Positions 23,606 through 30,585 of a stretch of DNA of 32,000 bases are shown piece by piece. How positions within the stretch are numbered: position 1 is the stretch's first letter; each line of letters begins with the position of its first letter. The notes under the pieces are model-generated. The model did no database searches and had not been told where the DNA came from. It worked only from the letters and a program-made list of their open reading frames with translations. This DNA comes from an uncultured Chloroflexia bacterium (GTDB taxonomy: Bacteria > Chloroflexota > Ktedonobacteria > Ktedonobacterales > JADMIN01): contig CAVRAI010000006.1 of the NCBI GenBank assembly GCA_963718915.1, positions 60,001 to 92,000 of the forward strand. Reading direction: 5' to 3'. A program made the translations under genes and the position numbers.

Positions 23606-26035
23606 ATGGTCAAATGCCAGCACTGCGGTACACAGAATCGCGCTGACGCGACGTACTGCAACTCATGCGGCTATGCACTCAAAGGCGCAACGGTCATCCA
23701 CCCCGCTGCCAGCGCCTCGCGCCGCCCAACCGCCGCTCCCCTGCATCCCACTGGACGGCTCCCCGCGCAGTCGCGCCTGGCTGGCGTCTATGTTATCAGC
23801 CGCGCCGTCGGCCAGGGTGGCATGGCCGCCGTCTATCAGGCGACCGATATCCGCAACAACACACAGGTAGCCATCAAGGAGATGAGCCAGGATAGCCTCG
23901 CGCCCTCCGAGCTTCAGGAGGCGAACGCCGCGTTCGTGCAGGAAGCCGAGATGCTGATGGGCCTGCGCCATAAGGGGCTGCCGCGCGTCTCGGGACACTT
24001 CTCCGAAGGCTCGCGTCACTACCTCGTCATGGAATACATCGAGGGCAAGACGCTGGAGCAGCGACAGACCGCGGCGGTCGGCAAGGCACTGCCGGAGCGT
24101 GATGTGTTGGCATGGGCCGACCAGATTTGCGATGTACTGACCTACCTGCACAATCGCCGCCCACCCATCATCTTCCGCGACTTGAAGCCCGCCAACATCA
24201 TGGTGACGAGCAGCGGGCGCATCAAGCTGATTGACTTTGGCATCGCGCGAGTCTTTGTGCCGGGGCGCACCCGTGATACTCAGGTGCTGGGCACGCCGGG
24301 CTACGCGCCGCCAGAGCAGTATGGCAAGGCGCAGACCGATCCGCGCGCCGATGTCTATGCCCTGGGCTGCACGCTCTATCAGTTGCTCTCGGGCTACGAT
24401 CCCGCCAGCACGCCATTCGCGCTGCCACCGCTCAACTCGCGAAATTCTCAGGTCTCGCCGCACGTGCAGGTGGCGATAGAGCGCGCCACCAAACTCGACC
24501 GCGAGGGCCGATTCCGCTCCGTCGCCGATTTCCAGAAGATGCTTGGTCACCCTGAGGGGATGTATTTCCGCACGGGCGAGTGCGCTCATTCGCTGCGCGA
24601 GCTGGTGGCGCTCTGCAACGCGCACCCACAGGAGGCGGCGGAACACCTTTACGCCCGTCGCTTCGATCCGTGGCTCTCGCGCTGGGGCGAGCGCCAGGCG
24701 GTCAAGGCGGTGCTGGCCGCGACAATGCGCACGACCGACCAGGCGGCGGGGCTGGCCGCGTTTCTCAAGGAGGCGCAGGTTCCCGCAGCCGCTGCGGCAA
24801 CAGCGGCATCCGCACGGCAGAGCGCACAGGCGCGTTCCGCACAGCAATCCACGCGCGGCACGACGACTCACGCAGCCGCCAGCGCCGCGCCCAGCGCCAC
24901 CGCGTCCCTGGTCACGATCCAGCCGCGTACGATTGACTTTGGCCAGCTCAAATCGGGCCAGCGTGGCACGGTGAGTATCACGATTCGCGGGCAGAATGGC
25001 GTCAACGTCAACGGCCAGATCATCTCACCGCATCCCTGGATTACGCTCGACCGGCAATCGTTCAGCGGATCGAGCACGCTGGTTCAGTTGACCGCCGAGA
25101 CGTCCCGAATCGCGGCGACGGGCAAGCAGTATAGCAGCCTGCAGATCGTGACCGGCACGCAGCATATCTATGTGCCGATCACCGCCGAGATTGTGCGCGC
25201 GCCCAGGGCGACCACCGCGCCGCAGAGCAGCGCATCCTACGCTACACAGGTACACGCCGCGGTAGGCGCCAACGCGCAGGTGAAGCATGCCGCGCCACCG
25301 CTGGGGCGTCCGCTGAATCTCGGTTTCCTGGGCGCGCTCTTGCTGGCGCTGGGTCTTGCGGTGACCGCGCTGGCGTTGCTGCCGTCGCTGCTGGCGATGT
25401 GGGCGCCGGGGCTGGCGCTGGGCGCCCCACTGATGCTGGCGTTGCTGGCGCTGGCCGCGTTGATCGCGACGCCGGGGGCGCTGATTGGCAGTGGCGGCAG
25501 GGGCTGGCCGGGACGCTTCAACACGACCCTGGCGGGCGCGGCCATGGGATTCCTGGTCGCACTGGCGACGGAGCATACAGTGCTGCTGGCAGGCTTCACT
25601 CTCCCGAAGCAGTCCCCCGCGCTGGCGACGCTGGGGCAGCCGACCTGGCCGACCCTGCATCTGTTCGCGGACCACCCCGCGCTGACGGGCGCGTTGCTGC
25701 TGGCCGCCGCGATGATTAGCCTCGGCGCGGCGCTGGGCGCGGAACGTTTCTACAGCGGCATTATGCTGCGTATCGGCGCGTTCATCCGCCGCTTCTCGGG
25801 CTTCTTCTGGGTGCTCGCGGGCATTGTGGGCGGCGGGGCTGGCGCATGGTGGCTGGTGCGCGACCTGCCCTGGCTGCTGCCCATCGCGGTCGTTACCGGC
25901 GCGGTTATCGGCGGCGTCATTGGCGACCGCCTCAACCGCATCACGCTGAGCTTCTCGAAATCGCGCTACCTCAACCAGCATCTGCGCAGCGCGCGCGCGC
26001 AGGCCGGGCGTCCGCGCACCAAAGGGTATCCGTGA
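23606..26035 (+). CDS. Ser/Thr protein kinase with N-terminal zinc ribbon and polytopic C-terminal membrane region
   Basis: VKCQHCGTQNRADATYCNSCG zinc ribbon. Hanks kinase motifs GQGGMAAVY, VAIKEM, FRDLKPANIMV, DFGIARV, GTPGYAPPEQ. The C-terminal approximately 250 aa are Ala/Leu/Gly-rich TM segments. Confidence 0.9.
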   Translation: MVKCQHCGTQNRADATYCNSCGYALKGATVIHPAASASRRPTAAPLHPTGRLPAQSRLAGVYVISRAVGQGGMAAVYQATDIRNNTQVAIKEMSQDSLAPSELQEANAAFVQEAEMLMGLRHKGLPRVSGHFSEGSRHYLVMEYIEGKTLEQRQTAAVGKALPERDVLAWADQICDVLTYLHNRRPPIIFRDLKPANIMVTSSGRIKLIDFGIARVFVPGRTRDTQVLGTPGYAPPEQYGKAQTDPRADVYALGCTLYQLLSGYDPASTPFALPPLNSRNSQVSPHVQVAIERATKLDREGRFRSVADFQKMLGHPEGMYFRTGECAHSLRELVALCNAHPQEAAEHLYARRFDPWLSRWGERQAVKAVLAATMRTTDQAAGLAAFLKEAQVPAAAAATAASARQSAQARSAQQSTRGTTTHAAASAAPSATASLVTIQPRTIDFGQLKSGQRGTVSITIRGQNGVNVNGQIISPHPWITLDRQSFSGSSTLVQLTAETSRIAATGKQYSSLQIVTGTQHIYVPITAEIVRAPRATTAPQSSASYATQVHAAVGANAQVKHAAPPLGRPLNLGFLGALLLALGLAVTALALLPSLLAMWAPGLALGAPLMLALLALAALIATPGALIGSGGRGWPGRFNTTLAGAAMGFLVALATEHTVLLAGFTLPKQSPALATLGQPTWPTLHLFADHPALTGALLLAAAMISLGAALGAERFYSGIMLRIGAFIRRFSGFFWVLAGIVGGGAGAWWLVRDLPWLLPIAVVTGAVIGGVIGDRLNRITLSFSKSRYLNQHLRSARAQAGRPRTKGYP

Positions 26036-26052
26036 TCGTCGCAACGGACTCG

Positions 26053-26991
26053 ATGCCGCTGGTGGCGCTGGTGGGGCCAACGGCCACCGGTAAAACGTCG
26101 CTGGCGGTGGCGCTGGCCGAGCGGCTGAGCGATGTCACTCGATGCGCGGCGGTGGCGGCGGACTCGCGCCAGATTTACCGCCTGATGGATATCGCCACAG
26201 CCAAGCCTACCCCCGCCGAGCGCGCGGCGCTGCCCCACGCGCTGATTGATGTTGTCTGGCCGGACGAGAGTTATACGCTGGCGCAGTATCAGGCGGATGC
26301 CCAGGCAGCCATCGCAATGATTACGGGCGATGGCGCGCTGCCGCTGCTGGTTGGCGGCACCGGCCTCTATATACGCGCCGTGGTGGATGGGCTGGCGATT
26401 CCCACTGTTGCGCCGCAGCCTACGCTCCGCGCCGAACTGGAGGCCGAGGCGGCCACGCAGGGAGCCGCCGCGCTGCACACTCGGCTGGCGGCGCTCGATC
26501 CCACCGCCGCCGCGCAGATCGTCCCGACGAATGTGCGCCGGGTCATTCGCGCGCTGGAGGTCTGCCTGGTGACGGGCCGCCCGTTTTCGGAACAGCAGGG
26601 CGCGCGCCCCACGCCCTACCGGACGCTGCTGCTGGGCCTGAATATGGAACGCGCCGCGCTCTATGCCCGCGCCGATACGCGCATCGATGGGATGCTGGCG
26701 GCGGGCGTCGTCGAGGAGACGGCGGGCCTGGTGGCGCGCGGCTACGACTGGCGGCTGCCGTCGATGTCGAGCCTGGGCTATCGCGAGATCGGCGCATACC
26801 TGCGCGGCGAGTCGTCGCTGGATGAGGCGGCCGAACACTTCAAGCTGGCGACCCATCGCTACATCCGCCGCCAGTTGACGTGGTTTCGCCCCGATACGCG
26901 CATCACCTGGCTGGACGCCGCGCAGCCGCTCGATACACTGGCTAGGCAGGCGGAAACGCTGGTGCGGGGGTGGCTGGAGCGACACGAATAG
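26053..26991 (+). CDS. miaA: tRNA dimethylallyltransferase
   Basis: MPLVALVGPTATGKTSLAVALAERL (P-loop), DSRQIYRLMDIATAKPT, LLVGGTGLYIRA, ATHRYIRRQLTWFR. An alternative GTG start at 26032 overlaps the kinase stop (GTGA). Confidence 0.9.
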   Translation: MPLVALVGPTATGKTSLAVALAERLSDVTRCAAVAADSRQIYRLMDIATAKPTPAERAALPHALIDVVWPDESYTLAQYQADAQAAIAMITGDGALPLLVGGTGLYIRAVVDGLAIPTVAPQPTLRAELEAEAATQGAAALHTRLAALDPTAAAQIVPTNVRRVIRALEVCLVTGRPFSEQQGARPTPYRTLLLGLNMERAALYARADTRIDGMLAAGVVEETAGLVARGYDWRLPSMSSLGYREIGAYLRGESSLDEAAEHFKLATHRYIRRQLTWFRPDTRITWLDAAQPLDTLARQAETLVRGWLERHE

Positions 26992-27158
26992 CACGCGCGC
27001 ATGGCAACATTCGCGTAATGGGGTACGGGCCGCAGGCTGAGAGCCAGGCGGCTAATCCTGGTCGTTCGATACTGCCGCTGAGGGCAAGCGATACGCGATA
27101 GAGGGGTTAGCCGCGGCATGATGTCGTTTTAACATATGCGACGGAGACGGGCTGTGCG

Positions 27159-27263
27159 GTGGGGTGAGCAGGCCGTAGCGTTCACGCTACGGCGAATGGG
27201 CGTACGCGATGGTGACGCGCGGAAATTCGCCGGGGCATTTATGCTCCGGCACGCGCACCCCAG
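27159..27263. repeat. inverted pair of REP family B units
   Basis: gtggggtgagcaggccgtagcgttcacgctacggcgaatggg (27159-27200) and ggaaattcgccggggcatttatgctccggcacgcgcaccccag (27221-27263) are diverged inverted copies. Each holds an 8-bp-stem tetraloop hairpin. Confidence 0.7.
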
Positions 27264-27294
27264 CACACTGTTCGGAGGAATTTCTTAAAGTTCA

Positions 27295-27330
27295 TCATGC
27301 CGCGACCGCGTGGCCTACCACTCACCTCGC
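27295..27330 (+). repeat. direct repeat C, left copy
   Basis: tcatgccgcga-ccgc-gtggcctaccactcacctcgc. The 11-mer and the 21-mer are identical to those in 28212-28245. Confidence 0.8.
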
Positions 27331-27402
27331 AATAAGCCAGTACACCTCGCACGAGCGCTGTGGTACGCTAACAGAAGACACGATGGGCAATGTGCCAGAT
27401 CT

Positions 27403-27990
27403 ATGCGCTTTCGGCGCGGAATCGTGGGGTATGGAGTGTCCGTACAGCCTGGGCTACTTACAGCAGAAGAGTTTGCCGCGCTTCCCACGGAGGGTTTGCG
27501 CTTGGAGTTGATCCGGGGGGAGATGCGCGCCATGCCGCCTGCGTTCGCCGATCATGGGGACACCGTTGGCGCGTTGCATGTCATCCTGGGCGCCTATATC
27601 CGCGCGCAGCGTCTCGGCAAAATCTATGGCGCGGAGACGGGCTTCCTGCTGGCACGCAATCCCGACACGGTACGCGCGCCCGATATCGCCTTCATCCAGG
27701 CCAGCCGCCTGACCCCTGAGGCTTCCGCGCCGAACTGGAACCCCGTCGTGCCTGACCTGGTGGTTGAGGTCGTCTCCTCACGGGATCGCGAACGCGAGAT
27801 CGCCGAGAAGGTAGCGATGTGGCTCGATGCGGGCGTGCGCATGGTCTGGGTCGTCTATCGTGTGCGCCGCTCCATCGAGGCGTTCAGGCCAGGGCAACCG
27901 GCGACAGTCCTGAACGAACAAGATTCCCTGGATGGCAAGGATGTCGTGCCGGGATTTTCCACCCTCGTCGCCGAGATTTTCGCGGAGTAG
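27403..27990 (+). CDS. Uma2-family (DUF820) putative endonuclease
   Basis: LTAEEFAALPTEGLRLELIRGEM...HGDTVGALHVILGAYIRAQRLGKIYGAETGFLL...RAPDIAFI...PDLVVEVVS...EKVAMWLDAGVRMVWVVY fits the Uma2 PD-(D/E)xK pattern (D...EVVS). ATG 27403 chosen; the ORF start at 27310 lies inside repeat C. Confidence 0.85.
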   Translation: MRFRRGIVGYGVSVQPGLLTAEEFAALPTEGLRLELIRGEMRAMPPAFADHGDTVGALHVILGAYIRAQRLGKIYGAETGFLLARNPDTVRAPDIAFIQASRLTPEASAPNWNPVVPDLVVEVVSSRDREREIAEKVAMWLDAGVRMVWVVYRVRRSIEAFRPGQPATVLNEQDSLDGKDVVPGFSTLVAEIFAE

Positions 27991-28164
27991 CGGGCGGTTG
28001 AAACCGCGCCTGAAGGGCCTGCGGCCACCAAGTCCGCCTGCGCGGACTTCCCAGACTGCACCCCCAACGGGATACGCGCTGGCGATCGGGTTCCTGGAAC
28101 CTGCGAAGGCAGGTTTTGTGGAGGAGCGCAGCGAGGCCCTTCAGGCGCGGTTTTAACCGCCCGC
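27990..28164. repeat. MITE-like 175-bp palindromic element (two family A cores as 31-bp terminal inverted repeats)
   Basis: Left end gcgggcggttgaaaccgcgcctgaagggcct (27990-28020) matches the reverse complement of 28134-28164 at 30 of 31 positions. Internal hairpins lie at 28030-28049 and 28098-28115. No coding capacity. The left end abuts the Uma2 stop. Confidence 0.75.
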
Positions 28165-28211
28165 CGTGTGGCGTGCCCGCGTTATTCTCTAAATCAAATC
28201 GAAAACCGCAT

Positions 28212-28245
28212 TCATGCCGCGAACGTGGCCTACCACTCACCTCGC
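28212..28245 (+). repeat. direct repeat C, right copy
   Basis: tcatgccgcga-ac-gtggcctaccactcacctcgc, lying 6 nt from the TIR-TPR stop codon. Confidence 0.8.
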
Positions 28246-28250
28246 CACAC

Positions 28251-29327
28251 TCACCCCCCGAGCGCCTTTGCCCGCGCCTCCGCCTCCTCCGCCTCTTGCG
28301 TGCGCCCCAGCAGCCGCAGCGTGATCGCCATGTTCGTCCAGGCAAGCGCATAGTTGGGGTCGATAGCCAGTGCCTTCTGGTATGCTGCTATTTCCTCATC
28401 ATATCGCTTGAGACTGTAAAGAACTGTGCCTTTGCCATTCCAAGCAATTGCATACTTAGGGTCAAGGGCTAGCGCCTGCTCGTAGGCCGCAAGCGCCTCA
28501 GCGTAGCGCCGCAAACCCATGAGCGCGTTGCCATTGCCATTCCAGGCAATTGCATACTTAGGGTCAAGGGCTAGCGCCTGCTCGTACGCTGTGAGCGCCT
28601 CAGCGTCGCGTTTTAACTTTCGGAGTGAGAATCCCTTATTATTCCAGACGACAGCGTCGTTCCGGTTGAGGCTGCTGGCGCGATCATAGGCGACCAATGC
28701 CTGTTCGTAACGACCTAATTCATTGAGCGAATAACCGACATTGAACCAGGCGTCATACGAATTGGGATTGAGTTGGGTGGCGCGCTCAAAGAGTGCCAGC
28801 GCCTCGGCGTGCTTGCCCTGCCCCTGCAATGCCTTGCCACGGGTGATGAGGTCGTCCACGCTCTCGGTCGGCTGTGGGGCGACTGGCGCGGGCGCTTCGC
28901 CGACGGGCGTCAGCGCGAGCAGGCGCAGGGTGTGCTCGATGGCCTCGTGTTGTGGGTAGGGCTTCTCGCCGGGCGCCTCAATGCGGCGGAAGTCTTCGAG
29001 CCAGAGCATCACGTTCCAGTCAGCCGGGTCAATCTGCTTCGCGACGACGGGCAGCATGATACGGTTTGGCTCGCGCTTATACAGATTGAAGGCCCATTTG
29101 CACTCCTGCCTGACCCAGTCGGAGCCAAAGGCGGCCTTCGAGACGACGAGCAGAAAGACCGGGCGCGTCGGCAACTGCGCGCTGATCTCGTCGAGCAGTT
29201 GCCCGGTGCCCAGATGGGTCTCGTCGTACCAGACATCCGCGCCCGCCCCACGTAGCGCACGGGCAAGCGCGTCGGCAAAATCCCGGTCAGCCGAGCTATG
29301 GCTGAGGAAGATACGCAACTGGGCCAT
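28251..29327 (-). CDS. TIR-domain protein with C-terminal TPR array
   Basis: The N-terminal approximately 135 aa are LRIFLSHSSADRDFADALARALRGAGADVWYDE...PVFLLVVSKAAFGSDWVRQECKWA (TIR_2-like, with the S-W-x3-E glutamate). A linker is followed by about six 34-aa TPR units (AEALALFERATQLNP..., YEQALVAYDRA..., AEALAAYEQALALDPKYAIAWNGKG...). Confidence 0.85.
   Translation of the reverse strand: MAQLRIFLSHSSADRDFADALARALRGAGADVWYDETHLGTGQLLDEISAQLPTRPVFLLVVSKAAFGSDWVRQECKWAFNLYKREPNRIMLPVVAKQIDPADWNVMLWLEDFRRIEAPGEKPYPQHEAIEHTLRLLALTPVGEAPAPVAPQPTESVDDLITRGKALQGQGKHAEALALFERATQLNPNSYDAWFNVGYSLNELGRYEQALVAYDRASSLNRNDAVVWNNKGFSLRKLKRDAEALTAYEQALALDPKYAIAWNGNGNALMGLRRYAEALAAYEQALALDPKYAIAWNGKGTVLYSLKRYDEEIAAYQKALAIDPNYALAWTNMAITLRLLGRTQEAEEAEARAKALGG
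28434..28610 (-). repeat. near-identical internal tandem duplication of one TPR unit (102-bp period)
   Basis: gccattcca(a/g)gcaattgcatacttagggtcaagggctagcgcctgctcgta... at 28434-28508 and 28536-28610. About 6 differences in 75 nt. Encodes YEQALALDPKYAIAWNG(N/K)G twice. Confidence 0.85.
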
Positions 29328-29475
29328 CGGCTATTCCCTCTCTGGCAGGTGAAGCGAGCGATGCATGATATGCTCGTAGTATACGCGATAGGCGGCGATT
29401 GTGGGAGAGGCGGAATTTCAACGTCGGGCGTGTATAGTCTGTAGTGTGTTGTACTTCGTGAAGGAGGCGCTTCTT

Positions 29476-30125
29476 ATGGCGGATGAGTGGATAGATGTGT
29501 CGGTTCCGCTGCATACGGGCATGGTTCACTGGCCCGATAATCCCCCGGTCACTATCGAGCGGGAGCTGGATATGGAGCGCGGCGACGTCTGTAACGTCTC
29601 GAAGATGTCGCTGGGCGTCCATACCGGCACGCACATGGATGCCCCAATTCACTTTCTCCGCAACGGCATCGGCATTGACCAGATGCCGCTGACCGCGTCG
29701 ATAGGCCGCGCGCGCGTGATCGAGATCGGCGACCCGGTATCCATCACGAAACAGGAGCTTGCGGGCACATGCGATCCAGCGCGGCGAGCGTATCCTCTTC
29801 AAGACGCGCAACTCCGCCCGCTGCTGGCAGACCGACGACTTCGTGGAGGACTTCGTCTACATCACGCACGAGGCCGCGCAGTATCTGGCGTCGCTCGGCG
29901 TGCAACTGGTCGGCGTGGACTATCTCTCCGTCGGCGGCTTCTCACGTGGATGGCCCCGAGACGCATCAGGCGCTGCTGGGCGGCGGCATCTGGATTATCG
30001 AGGGCCTCAATCTCTCACTGGCCGAGCCGGGCGTCTACGACCTCATCTGCCTCCCGTTGCGCATCGTCGGCGGCGATGGCGCGCCCGCGCGGGCAATACT
30101 CCGCCGGGTTGGCTCAGCATCGTGA
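29476..30125 (+). pseudogene. cyclase-family protein (kynurenine formamidase-like, PF04199-type) disrupted by two frameshifts
   Basis: AAGGAGG RBS and ATG 29476 give MADEWIDVSVPLHTGMVHWPDNP...HTGTHMDAPIHF...ITKQELAG. The homology then continues in a second frame (AIQRGERILFKTRNS...EAAQYLASLGVQLVGVDYLSVGG) and a third (HVDGPETHQALLGGGIWIIEGLNL...PLRIVGGDGAPARAIL, stop at 30125). Shifts lie near 29761-29770 and 29931-29945. Confidence 0.8.
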
Positions 30126-30132
30126 CCCAGTG

Positions 30133-30390
30133 TTAGCTCCCCTGCTTCCAGTCTCGGAAGGTGTAGAGAAGCTGCTCCTTCGCGTCAGTGGGGATATCCT
30201 GCTCCGCGAGCGAGCCGACAAGCAGGATGGTCTGACGCATCTGGTCGAGGTAACGGTGGCAGTCCGCGCATATGCCGAGATGGCGCTCGAAGCGCGCCTG
30301 GTTCGCTGGGGACAGCGTTCCCTCCACATAGTCCGTGACCAGTTCGATGAGTTCCTGGCAACTCAAACGAGATGCATCGGGGTTTGCCAT
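30133..30390 (-). CDS. small zinc-binding anti-sigma factor (ZAS / RsrA-like zf-HC2)
   Basis: SCQELIELVTDYVEGTLSPANQARFERHLGICADCHRYLDQMRQT carries the H-x3-C-x2-C motif and an upstream Cys. About 85 aa with no TM segment. ATG 30390, or GTG 30411. Confidence 0.65.
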   Translation of the reverse strand: MANPDASRLSCQELIELVTDYVEGTLSPANQARFERHLGICADCHRYLDQMRQTILLVGSLAEQDIPTDAKEQLLYTFRDWKQGS

Positions 30391-30585
30391 AGATAGCCCG
30401 CTTTTCCGCACATTCGCGCGACGCTACCCGCGCTTGATAGAGAGGTTCTGGTGATTGGTCTCGGATAACGCCAGGATGTTACAAGACTTCGCGGGAATCT
30501 TGTCTGGTGAGGCCAGGACGGGTGCGTGGACGAATGGTACAATGGGTCGGTTTCGCGGCGCGTGTTTGTGAAAGGAGGTCACGTC

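Noticed and set aside
27020-27087. Segment ggggtac...ggctgagag...cctggtcgttcgatactgccgctgaggg, reminiscent of a TPP (THI-box) riboswitch.
   Set aside because: It lacks the ACCC strand that pairs with GGGG. It lacks the P3 hairpin before CUGAGA and the CUGG/CCAG P5 pairing. The downstream gene (Uma2 endonuclease) has no thiamine link.
29401-30396. 331-aa ORF taken at face value as a single protein.
   Set aside because: Only the first approximately 100 residues match the cyclase family. The remainder is out of frame and then antisense to the 30133-30390 gene. It is better explained as a frameshifted pseudogene ending at 30125.
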